From NCBI GenBank assembly GCA_951406725.2, contig OX597819.1, forward strand, positions 54,002,001-54,066,000: a stretch of DNA of 64,000 bases, written 5' to 3'. A model generated the notes under the pieces. It did no database searches. It saw nothing but the letters and a program-made list of their open reading frames with translations, and had not been told where the DNA came from. Source of the DNA: Octopus vulgaris (lineage: Eukaryota). A program made the translations under genes and the position numbers. Below are positions 25,126-38,663 of the stretch, piece by piece. Numbering within the stretch: the stretch's first letter is position 1; each line of letters opens with the position of its first letter.

Positions 25126-25706
25126 TCATCATCATCATCATCGTTTAACATCCGCTTTCCATGCTAGCATGGGTTGGACGGTTCAACTGGGGTCTGGCAA
25201 GCCCGAAGGCTGCACCAGGCCAGTCAGATCTGGCAGTGTTTCTACAGCTGGATGCCCTTCCTAACGCCAACCACTCCGAGAGTGTAGTGGGTGATTTTAT
25301 GCGCCACCGACACAGGTGCCAGATGAGGCTAGCAGACGGCCACGCTTGGATGGTGTTTTTTATGTGCCACCGACACAGGTGCCGGACGAGGCTGGCGAAC
25401 GGCTACGATCGGATGGTGTTTGTTACGTGCCCACAGCACGGGGCCAGTCGATGCGGTACTGGCTACGGTCCCGTTCGGATGGTTTTCTTATGTGCCACCG
25501 GCACTGGTACCACAAGGATACAAATTCCATTGATATTCATCTATTTGATTTGATTCGATTTGACTTGACTTTCACTTGCCTCAACAGGTCTTCACAAGTA
25601 TCACAAGCAGGAAGGTATGCACAGGTGGAGTGACTACGTCCCAGGTAGTGGCCATGGGTTATGGCTTCACTAGTCTTGCCGGGTCTTCTCACGCACAGCA
25701 TACTTC
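25123..25706 (-). mobile_element. RTE LINE 3' end
   Basis: (CAT)n tail on the plus strand at 25123-25142, 3' UTR with tandem motifs, short ORF end KYAVREKTRQD*; (TA)n on both sides. Confidence 0.88.
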
Positions 25707-25707
25707 C

Positions 25708-25762
<55 letters not shown>

Positions 25763-25789
25763 TATATATATGTATGTATGTATGAATTA

Positions 25790-26600
25790 GCTGTCAGGAG
25801 GAAAGTAAAAAACGTGTGACGTCAGATTGGCCCACCTTCTATTTGGAGACAGCTAAGCGCTTTACGAATGCGAAACTATTAGTCATTTTTATAACTGGAT
25901 ATATATCTAATTTCCCTTAATTTCATGTGTGCTTTTTTTTTCGGATATATGCACTGACTAAATATGTATGACAACATTATCCAAATGTGTCCTTCCATCT
26001 TAAAGAAAGTAACTGTTACACGAAGGAGATTTTACTGCAATTTCTAGAGTGTAGAACAGCTGTGTATATGAGCACTCGAGTTTGCTGCGGAAGGAAATAA
26101 AAGCAACAAGTTAGGTCAGACCGAAGTTAGTCCGAATGGAAAGAACATGTATTAAATAAATAGGAAGTAAAGTTGCTTCTACATTCCGGCTGAATGAAAA
26201 ATAGAGTCCAGCTTCGGAAAAGTTTTGTTTGTAAAAATTATAATGAAATATAAGTCAGTAAATACTTTACCAATCAATAAATAACCAACGAGGAAGAGAA
26301 TTTTCAAACCATCACGATAGCCAGCCAATTTACAACTATACATCTACTGCGATTATTTTCGAACAAAGTAATTTTAAGTTTTACGTTTGTTTGATAACAA
26401 TTTTTTATGTCTAAATAATCAACAATATTGTTTAAAAAATCTCTTCAAACTTTATTAAATATATTCAAATACAGAATCAAAGAAAACTGTTGGCTTCGCT
26501 TAAGTCATTTAGCAGTTGGGAAATTTTTTGTAAGTTTATTTTATTTTGGCACTAATTAAGCTTTTAAATTGTTTAAGTTCTGATTCAGCACAAGAGCATT
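25790..26600. promoter_or_regulatory. Candidate bidirectional promoter / first non-coding exons
   Basis: No recognisable repeats, more CpG than typical flanking unique DNA by eye; TGACGTCA (CRE) 25817-25824 abutting GATTGG (inverted CCAAT) 25825-25830; CGGAAG ~26088; GGGAAATTTT 26518-26527; outward-facing donors (GTAAGT at 26530 on +, GTAAAG at 26270 on -). Confidence 0.45.
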
Positions 26601-27389
26601 TACCAAGTCTAGTTTTGTCGTTATTTTTTTAACAATAATTTTTGTTTGTTTATAAATTTTCTCTGAATGTTAATGATAAATTATTTTCTATTTAACACAC
26701 TTCTTTTAAACTGGATAATTCTGTCAGTGATTTAAGTTTTCAAAAGTTTAGAGAATCCAGTGTCCCATTGAGCGATGTATACACGTTTTTGTTTTGCTTA
26801 TGTTTGTTTATTTACTAATTACTTTTTTCTTTGCTTTTTCTGTTACTGTTTACTTTTATAAATCTGACTTTAAACGAAACTAACAAAACACGTAACTTAT
26901 TACATTGGGCTCAAAGAGGCTAATCGTTTAAGTGAGTCTTCTCCACCACCAACTTATTTTAGTATGCCTTTTTAAATCTCCGCTGCATTTGTTTTCTAAA
27001 TACTGTAAGTATTATGTAGTGAATAATAAAAGCATCGTATCCTTATAATCTTCAGAAAAATGGATATTTTCTACAAATACCTCTCGGATTGTGTAGATTT
27101 GATGGTGACCGGTTATAAAGTCACAATTAATTTATGGTGACCAGTAATAAAGTCACAATTTATGGGAACCGGACAAAACCCTTGTGACTTTTTTTTTTTT
27201 TTTTTAACCTTGATTCGATATGATTACATCGCAGTTTAAAGTGAATGGAAAATGGAGGGCGCGCATGCACGCATACATACTGACACACAAACATACAAAA
27301 TGAAACTTAATATTTTGAAGATAAAATTGTTGTGTTTGTCCACTCTGTTTCTGGACTACTGCTCTCAGCTATGGTCACCGCACAGTGTC

Positions 27390-27830
27390 ACTTTAATAGC
27401 GGATCGTGAGGCAGTTCAGTAGTGCTAGGTACATCAAGATTGCGTCAATGACACGCTTGAGCTTTTGTGGGGAACTGAAAGTATTACGACTCTACTCACT
27501 GGATCGAAGACGGGAGATGCGGTGATAAAATCACTAATATACATATGAAAGATCTTAGAGGGGCTGGCACCAAACATTGGCATCAGAAGATATACCAGCC
27601 CAGAACAGGACGCCACTACACTGTCTCAAATGTCTCAGCATCTCGTCTAGCGCTTAGGATTCAAAGCTCCACAACTATTTAATATTTTGCCAAAAAAAAA
27701 CCAGATGTACATGAAGTGGGGGTAGATGTTTCCAAGAAGCAACTTGACCTTCTGCTGTCCAAAATCCGAGATAAACCGACATCATGGCAAGAATCTCAAA
27801 CAAGGGACGCAATTAAACTCTCATTTACCA
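27390..27830 (+). mobile_element. Degraded CR1-group 3' fragment
   Basis: IYI*KILEGLAPNIGI and ...PQLFNILPK match the 3' end of the CR1 at 22260-22616, in the opposite orientation. Confidence 0.75.
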
Positions 27831-28429
27831 AAAGCCAATCAGACAGGAATGGTCATTGAAAAGATGATAATATTGGTGGGTGCTCATTGTATTTTGGGGA
27901 AATGAATTTCCTTAAAATAATAGGTATATATAAAAACAATTTATATTCATTTAAAAGAAGAAGAAAATGGAGATTGTGCAGTTAATAATTGTTTATTATT
28001 AACAGCAAATTGGTCATCTTCACTTACAGCCATTTCAATTTACATAACATGTTATGGCCTGTTATTTATATTTGTGTAACATTCTCTGTTTTTTCTTTTC
28101 CATCCTTGTTTTCATATACATTTGCTGCTTTCTTCCAAGGAATCTAATGCTCTTGGCTTAGTTTTCCCTTGGGACTGGCCAGATTGGAGCAATCTCGAAT
28201 ATAACCAGCCAAAATTGCAAAGATAATCAGGAACTCGATTGAGGAAAGAAAACTCCGAATGACCCATCCTTGTTTTCTTTGTATCATCTATCTCGATGTT
28301 TTGCGTTCTTGTCCCATTTTGTATTACATACATACACACACGTATATATATATATATAAATTTAGATTCAGATGAATATGGTACTTAGGTTGAGGCACCA
28401 GAATTTAGTATGGTATTATCCATACAATT

Positions 28430-28889
28430 TCAAAATAAGCAGCAAGGATATCCAGAGGTAATACAGTTCGATCGTTTCAAGCAACTCCAATTAATTGAAC
28501 AATGCAATCATTACATTAATTTAAACGCAGAGCAATCTTCAGCTGCATAAAGACATAGAATTTAATTAAATTAAAATAGATGGACGCATTAGTATAATTT
28601 TACCTCAATTCTTCAAGAAGGTAAGGAGATAGACAAAGAACATGCTGTCTTCACTTTAAGCTGAAGTGAAGACAGCATGTTCTTGTCTATCTCCTTACCT
28701 TCTTGGAGAATTGAGGTAAAATTATACTAATGCGTCCATCTATTTTAATTTAATTAAATTCTATGTCTTTATGCAGCTGAAGATTGCTCTGCGTTTTAAT
28801 TAATGTAATGATTGCATTGTTCAATTAATTGGAGTTGCTTGAAACAATCGTACTGCATTACCTCTGGATATCCTTGTTGCTTATTTTGA
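28430..28889. repeat. 460-bp near-perfect palindrome, probably Penelope terminal-repeat derived
   Basis: Arms of ~230 bp centred at ~28660 with almost no spacer and few mismatches; each arm carries a hammerhead-like motif. Confidence 0.92.
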
Positions 28890-28894
28890 TATCA

Positions 28895-31690
28895 TGATGA
28901 TCGTCATCATCGTTTAACATCTGCTTTCTATGCTAGCATGGGTTGGACGATTTGACTGAGGGCTGGCAAACCAGATGGCTGCACCAGATTTCAATCTTGA
29001 TCTGGCAGTGTTTCTACTGCTTGATGCCCTTCCTAACGCCAACCACTCCAAGAGTGTTGTGGGTGCTTTTACATACCACCGGCACGGGGCCAGTCAGGCA
29101 GTACTGGCAACGACCTCGCTCGAATCTTTTACACATGCCACTGGCACAGGTGCCAGTAAGGCGATGCTGGTAACGATCATGCTCGAATGGTACCTTTTAC
29201 ATGCCACCGGCACAGAGGCCAATTAGCCGCTCTGGCAATGATCATGCTCAGATGGTGCTCTTAACACCCTACTAGCATGGGGCACAAGTGCCAGTAAGGC
29301 GACGCTGGTAACGATCACACTCAAATGGTGCCTTTTATGTGCCACTGACACGGAAGCCAGTTAGCCGCTCTGTCAGCGATCACACTCGTATGGTGCTCTT
29401 TGCACCCTGCTAGCACGGATGCAAGCAGGGTTTTAGCGTCCAAAGAAGGAAAAGGTACACATAAGTGGGCTGGTTACGCCCCTGGCATAGGCCACAAGGT
29501 TATGGTCTCATTTGGCTTGCTGGGTCTTCTCAAACACAGCATGTTTCCAAAAGTCTCAATCACTAGACATTTCCTTGGTGAGGCCTAAATTTCGAAGGTT
29601 GTGCTTCACCACTTCATCCCAGGTCTTCCTGGGTCTACCTCTTCCACAGGTTCCCTCAACCGCTAGGATGTGGCACTTTTTCATACAACTATCCTCATCC
29701 ATTCTCACCGCATGACCATACCAGTGCAGTCGTCTCTCTTGCACACCACATGACCATACCAGTGCAGTCGTCTCTCTTGCACACCACATTTGATGCTTCT
29801 TAGGTTCAACTTTTCTCTCAAGGTACTTACACTCTGTCGAGTATGAACACTGACATTACACATCCATCGGATCATACTGGCTTCATTCCTTGCGAGCTTA
29901 CACATGTCCTCAGCAGTCACAGCCCATGTTTCACTGCCATGTAGCATGGCTGTTCGTACACATGCGTCATACAGTCTACCTTTTACTCTGAGCGAGAGGC
30001 CCTTTGTCACCAGCAGGGGTAAGAGCTCTCTGAACTTTGCCCAAGCTATTCTTATTCTAGCAGCTACACTTTCAGTGCACCTTCTCCCGCTACTGACTTG
30101 ATCACCTAGATAACGAAAGCTATCAACTACTTCTAGTTTTCCTCCCTGGAATGTGGCGGAAGTTGTTCTCTGCGCATTTTCAGAGTTTAATGCTCCCGAC
30201 CATCTGCCACATACAAAAACTATCTTCCCAGTTAGCTTTCCTTTGATATTACTGCACCTCTTATGTGTCCATAGCTTACACTGGGTACATCTTATAGAGT
30301 TTCTACCTACGTCTCTACTACAGATTGAGCAGGGCCATCTACCTGAAGGGATTTGTGGTTTGCCTGCCTTCGTACTTATTAGGACTTTGGTTTTAGCTAG
30401 GTTGACTCTAAGGCCCTTTGATTCTAAACTTTGTTTCTACACCTGAAACTTCTCCTCTGATAGTGACTCAGCAATTAGAGCAAGGTCATCAACATAGAGG
30501 AGCTCCCAGGGGCATCCTGTCTTGAATCCCTCCGTTATTGCCTGGAGGACTATGATGAATAGGAGGGGGCTGAGGACTGAACCTTGGTGGACCCTTATCT
30601 CTAGCCTGAATTCTTCAGTGTACTCGTTGCCAACCCTCACCTTACTGACAGCGTCCCTGTACATGGCTTGCACGGCTCTCACTAACTATTCATCTATCCC
30701 TAGTTTCCTCATTGACCACCAGATAAGGGATCAGGGGACCCTGTCAAAGGCTTTCTCCATGTCAATGAAAGCCAAGTACAGGGGCTTATCTTTGGCTAGG
30801 TATTTCTCCTGCAGCTGTCTTACCAGAAATATGGCATCAGTGGTGCTTTTCCCTGGCACGAAACCAAACTGCATCTCATCCAAGCTGACTCTTTCCTTAA
30901 TCAGTTGGGCTATGACCCTCTCCATAACATTCATTACCTGATCCAACAGCTTGATACCTCTGTAATTATTTGTATCTAAAGTGTCACCTTTACCTTTGTA
31001 GCAGTTGACTATTATGCTGCTACACCAGTCATTGGGTAGGACTCCTTCGTGTATCACCTGGTTAACTATACGGGTGACTAGGCTATAGCCGACACTGCCA
31101 GATATTTTGAGCATCTCTGCAGTGATTCCTGGTGGGCCGGGGGCTTTCCCTGTCTTCATACTTTTAATTGCTTTATCTACCAAGGTACTGTCAACTCGGA
31201 TAGCTGGTCCCTCTGTTGGGTCGACATTCGGCAGACTCTCTTTCTCCCATTCATTTTCTTTATTCAGCAGCCTTTCATAGTGGTGTCTTCAAACCTCTCT
31301 CTTTGCAGCCTCATTTAGTGCAAGTGAGCCATCATCCATGCGAACACATTTCGCTCCAACATCATGATTCTCTCTCACAAACTGTCTTGCAACACAAAAT
31401 ACCTCAAGTCTTTGGTCCTATGTCTCTAAATCTCTGTCTGTTTGCAGGATCTTTAAGTCTCCAGACCCTTCTTCTCTTTGCTGGTCATCTTCTGGGCATC
31501 TATTTAGCCCTGATCCTGAAGTCACTAACTACCAGTCTATGTTGTGGGGTACATTCTTTGCCTGGGAAGGTTTTGGCATTTATAAGCAGCCATCTTTACC
31601 TTTTTCTGGTAAGGATGTAGTCAATTTGGCTAGTGTGTCTGCCAGAGCAGTGGGTGACTAGGTGACTGGCAGGTTTTCTGAAGTTAGTAT
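28895..31690 (-). mobile_element. RTE LINE, ~2.8 kb, disrupted
   Basis: GKAPGPPG, NYRGIKLL, QFGFVPGKSTTDAIF, FIDMEKAFDRVP, VHQGSVLSPLLF, LYVDD and the post-RT region; 38-bp tandem duplication near 29711-29788; (GAT)n tail. Confidence 0.95.
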
Positions 31691-31695
31691 TAGTA

Positions 31696-31744
<49 letters not shown>

Positions 31745-32104
31745 AGAGTTTATGAAAAAACAAAAGATGAAGTCAGGTGGTGTACAAAACAAACAGATGT
31801 ATTAGTATAGCACTCAGGAATAGAAAAAGCCTTTTACGTTTCGATCCTACGCTCTTCTACAGAAAGGGACACAGAAAAAACAAGGAGAGAAAAAAATATG
31901 TGTAGTAGTTAACTATCATGGCGACTTTATATATATATTAAATTAGTGGACATGCTAAAAGGAGCAGTCAGAGCCCAAACCACAGTTAAGAGTAATTTCG
32001 AAGGGGACGAAAAATAAAAACATTTCCTATAGTTACCACTTGTACCTAGGTTTCAAACATTAATGAACAAATAAAATAATTTGTTATCTGTGTTCCTGGT
32101 TTAC

Positions 32105-33730
32105 AATGCAGATAACTAGGCCATATCCCACACCACCAGATATTTTAAGCATCTCAGCAGTAATTCCTGGTGGGCTGGGGGCTTTTCCTGGCTTCATACC
32201 CTTAATTACTTTATCTACCAGGGAGCTGTCTATTCGGATAGCTGGTTCCTCTACTGGGTCAACATTTGGCAGGCTCTCCTCCTATTCATTCTCCATGTTC
32301 AGTAGTCTTTCATAATGGCTTCTCCAAGGCTCTTTCTTTTCAGAATCATTAAAAGCAAGTGCACCATCATCTATGTGGACACATTTCTCTCCTGTGACAT
32401 CACAATTTTCTCTCTGTCTTGCAAACCGAAATACTTCAGTTCTTTGGTCCTCACGTCACTGAACATTGGCAAACTTCTTCTCTTCCGCTTCGCCCTTGGC
32501 TATGTATACCTGCCTCCCTTCTGGCTACCTGGTACAGTTCCCTGCTACCCACCCTCCAGGCTTTCTAGGCCTGTTTCTTTGCTCTAATGTCTACCATACT
32601 ATTCCACTACCATGTAATTCTAGGTCTGGAAGGGACTTTGCACCATCCGCAGACTTGGTCTGTGGCACTCAGCAAGCTGTCCCATAGGAATTTCCAGCTA
32701 CCTTCTATGTCTGATGTCTGTAGTTCCTCCTCCCTCTCATCAAATTTCTTGATGGGGATGTCCCTAAATCTCTGACCATGTAAAGGGTTCTTTAGCTTCC
32801 AAATCCTTCTTTTTTGGATTGTTCTGCTTCTTGGTATCCTTCTGGCCTCGAGCCTAAAGTCACTAATGACTAGCCTATGCTAGCAGAGGGGTACATTCTT
32901 CATCAGGGGTGGGGCTGTATTTAAGAGCAACCCTGCGTCCCGCTGTCTGGTGAGGATGAAATCAATCTGGCTAGCAGAGTCACCTGATTGATAGGTTATC
33001 ATGTGGCTATCTGGCTTCCTGAAGTTAGTGTTGCAGATTAAAAGGTTACAACATGCATCACAAAACTCCAGTAGCTTAGTTCCCTCATCATTTCGGGAAC
33101 CAATACCATGGCCCCCGTGTATGCTAGTGAAGATACCAGATTGCCACCCAACATACCCATTAAAATCTCCAGCCACAAAGATAAGGTCATTGCCACTTGT
33201 CTTTGAAGTAGCCTGTAGAAGGGTATCATAAAAATGAGCTTAAGTATTCTATCGCATACTCTGACAACCTCTATGACTTTATCTGACATGCCCATTAAAA
33301 TCTCCAGCCACAAAGATGAGATCATTGTCACTCATCTTTGGGGTAGCCTGCAGAAGAATATCATAAAAGTGATCCTTCTGTTCATTTGATAGGCCCCCTT
33401 GTGGGACGTAGGCAGAGATAATTGTAGCTATACCATTCTGCAAGACTAGCCTGAGTTTAATCACTCTATTGTACACCCTCACTACCTCTATGACCTTATC
33501 TACCCATTTCTCTGCAAGAAGTATGCCCACACCCCTTATTTCATCACTATTACCTTCCCAGAAGAGTTTATACCTATTGCTTTGCCTGTGAGAACTCTAG
33601 CTGAAGCTCCTCTCCACCTTACCTCTTGTACACAACATACATCAATACATCTCCATTCAAGCATCTTGACACTCTCGTTAGACCTACCCTTCAATGTGCC
33701 TACATTTACAGTGCCAACTCTGAAAACTAG
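32105..33730 (-). mobile_element. RTE LINE 5' part (endonuclease), different subfamily, disrupted
   Basis: VGTVNVGTL, CVQEVRW, IISAYVPQ, AGDFNGHV, SQIDFIL; internal duplication at ~33.15-33.33 kb. Confidence 0.92.
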
Positions 33731-34779
33731 GAAAGAGATATAGGAGGTAACACAGGAAGGAGAGATGCTATTCAACACCTGTAAAGAAGGTTCCCATGAT
33801 CATTTGGTAACAGACGTCATAATAGTTGTTCTTGCTTTTAATCTACCGTCATTCATACATTAGAATTGTTAAAGTTGTTGCCTCTACTGGGGAGTGGGAG
33901 TAAGGAAGCATTGTATATGAAAGTGTTTGGGGCATTGTAAATATAAGCATTAATATAAGCATTATGAGCACTGTGGGTGTAAGCATTACTGATGCTACAG
34001 ATATAAGTGGAGAAAAAAAAGAAAAGAGAGAGAGAGGTGGTAAGTGGGCTGCTATCTGGTTTAGTTAGTCCAGAGATGTGGGATGGGGTGAGAAAGGAAA
34101 GGGTGGCAAGATTACCAATATAAGAAGAGATAGAGAAAGGGCAACTGGATGTCCGGTGAGAGAAAGAGATTTCTGGTATTGGTGGTGGGGCTGGGAAAGG
34201 GTGGGTGCGACCACAGACACGGAAAAGTCACTTTAAGGGGTAGAGCAAACAAAAAAGAATTATTTTAGAGAAAAGTACAAAATGTGTATATACATGTAGC
34301 CAAGAAACAAGGTTAGTCATTTTAGGGGCAGAACAAACAAGAACGAATTATTTTAGAGAATAGACGAGTTTGAATGAATGAAGCATTTAAAAATAGCAAG
34401 AGAAATTCTTAGCTTGGCTGTGCATATTTTCAAGTGTCATGAAACGGCCAAACACATGGAATAAACTAATAAAAGTCTGAGAGGTGGGGGAACAGGTGTG
34501 GAGGTGACAGCCGGAAATGGATGAAGATGGCAGACTTTGCCCTAAGCTAGTAAGAGAAATAGTAGGGAATAGCCATTGCAACAAGATATAAGAGAGATAC
34601 AGATTGGAAAAAAATTATTTTAGCAAATGGTATGAAACATGTATATATATATATATATTTGTAGTCAAGAGGGACAGATTGCAATTTGGAAATTATTTGA
34701 TGAGGGACATTATGTAATTAGGGTAAGATATTGTGAAGTAATCAAGTAGTTCAATAGAATTGATAATAAGGATAGACAT

Positions 34780-35420
34780 ATTTATAGATGTCGATATAAA
34801 TGATTACTACTCCTCAATAAACCCCATAGTACCAAATAGTGCCTCATCTTTACTAAGCATTATACTAACTTGTCTTACCAGGAAATTAATATTATACTTA
34901 CAGCATGTAAATCATTAATGAAATTTAACAATAAATCCTGGACTAGGAAGGACACACCTGATTACTTTGACATAGCTATGGGCTTGATTGATTCAGTGCA
35001 AGTCACCTATATTGTAGGAATATATATACTGCATAAGTTTAATAGTGACTTCCCAGAAATAGGTAGCAGCCTATATCAGGACGATACATTATTTATTACT
35101 AAAACTACTAATAATAGAATATTAGAAAATTATAAGAAAATATTTCATAGAGGCTTCAATAGGTTTGGTCTTAAGATTTCAGTTGGAAATTATCACAGCT
35201 CAGTAAATTTTCTAGATGTTAATCTTAATTTACTCACAGGAACCATGCACCATATCATAAATCCAATCCAAAGCTGACATATATAAATTTTGAAAGTAAT
35301 TATCCTAAAACAATCTTAAATTGCTTAGTTAAAAATATTCAGCATAGAATTAATTACCTTTCATGTAGTCAAGAAATTTTTAATATACTTGTAAATAAGG
35401 ATCATTATAACTCAGCATTA
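34780..35420 (+). mobile_element. Degraded Penelope-like RT fragment
   Basis: FDIAMG...LYQDDTLF...VNFLDVNLNLLTG motifs in ORF 34870-35277. Confidence 0.75.
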
Positions 35421-36015
35421 GCTGACAACGCATTATCATCCAACAAGTGAGGTTGTTCATTTTCAGTCTTCCATGAAAAACATATCAGGTAGTGAGGAAG
35501 TATTACCTTGGAAACCGATGTGGGTTGGTAACAGAAAGGGCATCCACTTGTTGAAAACCAGCCTCAACAAATTCTGTCTGATCCATGATAAAGTGGAATA
35601 TTAAATGAGGATGATGATCACACACACACATTATATGTGTGTGTGTGTGTATGATGTTTATCCTCCTTATAGCAACAACAAACAGGAAAACCAACCAGAA
35701 GGTATTGTTTCAGGTAATTATTCAAGTATGAATAATTCTGCAACAACTACTAGATATTATAACTTTCTATGCAATATTATTGTTTAAATGAAAAGCATCC
35801 TTAGAACCTTTGCTATTCTCTTCCCATGAGTGCCAAAAATTAATAATGACGTGATATGTTTAGTCTTTTTTTTCAGAATTGAATTGAATTCTGTTGTCCC
35901 TAAAATTTGTCATATTATTCTTTTTCAGTATTTCAAAGAAATTCATTTTATTTTAACATGGTGTTTATATCTTTTAATTTTCATTTATCTATTTTTGTAT
36001 TTTTATAGAATTATT

Positions 36016-36061
36016 ATGGAAGGCACCAGTTCAAATACTGTTTCTAACATTTGTTGTTCAG
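36016..36061 (+). CDS. TIR-RHIM-repeat protein, first coding exon
   Basis: Acceptor ttttatag| at 36008, ATG 36016, MEGTSSNTVSNICCS+G, donor CAG|gtatgt; phase 1 matches the acceptor at 38163. Confidence 0.7.
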
Positions 36062-38163
36062 GTATGTCAAGTTGCCTGTTACATTGTAATTTCATCTTCA
36101 AGTGACCTAATTTTATTTAATACTCTTCATTACATGTCTTTGTACAAACTCACCTTACAATATATTTTTCACACTCTGGCACCTTATCACAATTTTCTAA
36201 CTCTTCCCCCTCTCATCCACTCTTCTAAAACACAGATAGTCATATAGCTCTTCTTCAGCAAGAAACCCATTCTGCTCTGATCCTTTTTTCTTCTCTACTC
36301 CTTGTGCTATTGGCATAAAGCACCCCCTTTCTACTCAAGCTCTGTAGTCTTGCAAACAGCATAGTGACTCCAATAGTGCTGGTAGTATGAAAAAGCACCC
36401 AGTACATACTGTAAAGTGGTTGGCATTAGGAAGAGCATCTAGCTGTAGAAACCATTCAAAACAGACAGAGGAGTATGATGCAATCTTTGGGACCATCAAA
36501 TCCTGTCAAACTGTCCAACCCATGCCAGCATGGAAAATGGACCTTAAATGATGCTGATGATAATGGTTACTGCTTATTCTTAAAGATCAAGCTTCTTGGT
36601 AACATATAATGTATGTGTTGGTCTTTTTACTTACAATGTGATATAACTAAAATATAAATTTCTAACATGAGTACAAGGCCACACATTTTGGGGGAGACAT
36701 ATGGTTTGTTATATGTATACTAGCACTTTATTTTACCAACCCCAGTACTTCATTACTATTTTATTTTATTGACTTCAGAAGGATGAAAAGTAAAGTTGAC
36801 TTTGTCAGAATTCAAAATCAAAACATGAAGAAGTGTAACTAAACAGGACATGGTATTTTCTCTGTTACCAACTGCCCTAGTCTAATTAAGATATTAAGTT
36901 GGTTTAAATGACAACATAAGAGCTCTTTGTCACTTTGAAGTTTTATTGATTGATTGTCTGAAGTGTAGGCTGTGTAAAACAGTAATTTTTTGGTGGTTTA
37001 TTTGTATCTTTCAGCAATTTACATTGAATTCTATTACATTGACCTAACTATTCTAGAAAAACCTGCTACTGTTATTGGAGTTACCTTCCCTTCTCTGCCT
37101 AAATCATTGTTTCTTATAGGGACACAAAGTTGGTCAGTACAAGTGAAGTCAGTTTTAATAAGCCCTAGTACTTGGCTTGTAATTATTTTTTCAATCCCAA
37201 AAAGAAGAAAGGTAAAGCTGATCTTAGCAAGATTAAAACTTAACATATAAAGATATCTAACTAAACACTGCGAGAGATTTTCTCCAACTGTTTACCAGTT
37301 CTGCTGCTTTGCTCCCCTGCCCCTTTCATCATCCTCATCATTTAACGTCCATTTTCCATGCTGGCATGGGTTGGATGGTTTCACAGGACCCAACCAGCTG
37401 AAGGGCTGTTCAGGCTCCCTGTCTGAAAAGTATTATCTCATAGATACATCTTAGAGTTAGCAAGATGCTAAGTCTAATGTTATCCAATAATAAAACCAAT
37501 GATAGATATTGGATTTACTTTAATATGTCTGCTAGTATGCCTCCACACATGTTCACCACTCACTGCATTTCCTATTAACCCTATCTCTATCCACCTGTCA
37601 CTCGTCTCTCACACTCCTGCGAACTTACTTACCCATCCATATCACTTATATTCACCTTGCTGTAACTTGAGGATACACCCTGACACATCTTCACAGCCTC
37701 CCTCTTTCTTTTCCCAGCTGGGGTAACCATGTATCTCTGCTACAGCAAAAGACTTGTTCTTGTCTTTGTCTATCTTTCTTTAACCTCTCATCACCTGGCA
37801 AAAAGCCATCTCCCTTAATACTACTCCCTTCAGTAGTTGAGGGGTCTTGTCTTTCAAGTTACCAAGTGGCCTTACTAGTGCCAGTGCTTTGTAAAAAGCA
37901 CCCAATACACTGTAAAGTGGTTTGTGTTAGGAAGGACATCCAGCCATAGAAACCATATCAAAACAGACATTGGAGCTTGGTACCATCCTGTGGCTTGTCA
38001 GCACTCGTTGTATTGTCCAGCCCATACCAGCGAGGAAGATAGATGTTAAATGATGATGATGATGCTTGTTATTATCTAAAACACTATTAAAATATCAGAT
38101 TTAATTAATAGTTATATATCACTACACACTGTAACATTGTTGTATATATATTTTTGATTTTAG

Positions 38164-38663
38164 GGTCTTCCTCTTCCAACTCCAAAAACAGTCATGAATT
38201 TGGTAATTGTGTCTTTTATCATGATGATGATGAGACATTAGCTACTGATGTTGTTGACCAAATTTCCAAGGTATCAAAATGTATGCTATATTCGGAGATT
38301 AAGACAAGAAAAAATAACTTTTTTGAGCATTTAAGTGATATCACACAAAATTGTACTTATATTATTTTGCTCATAACAGAAAATATGCAAAAGGATAAGC
38401 AAACTCAGCATCTGAGAGATGAATTAATTCGAATTGCACCAAAAAAAATATTTATTATAACAAATGGAGAAGTAAACAAAAACGATTTTGGAATTGCTTC
38501 TTATAGAAAAATAGATTGGCGAATACCAGACAAAAATAAAGCGAGAAAAATCCAAGCATATTTTAAAGATACAGAACATGAAATAGCATCACAAGAACCA
38601 CCTAAACCCATCATTTATATTGCAAATGCCATCATGCAAGCAGGTAACAATAATGTAGTTAAT
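38164..38663 (+). CDS. TIR-RHIM-repeat protein, TIR + RHIM-like exon (TICAM/TRIF-like)
   Basis: ttttag|GG...AAT|gtaagt. CVFYHDDDETLATDV, CTYIILLITENMQKD and KARKIQAYF resemble TRAM SAWTILLLTENFLRD and TRIF FARKVANTF; ends in PIIYIANAIMQAGNNNVVN. Confidence 0.85.

Noticed and set aside
27104-27190. Short ~32-bp direct repeats (ggtgacc...aaagtcacaatt)
   Set aside because: Only 2-3 units; probably a DNA-transposon subterminal relic, too little to classify.
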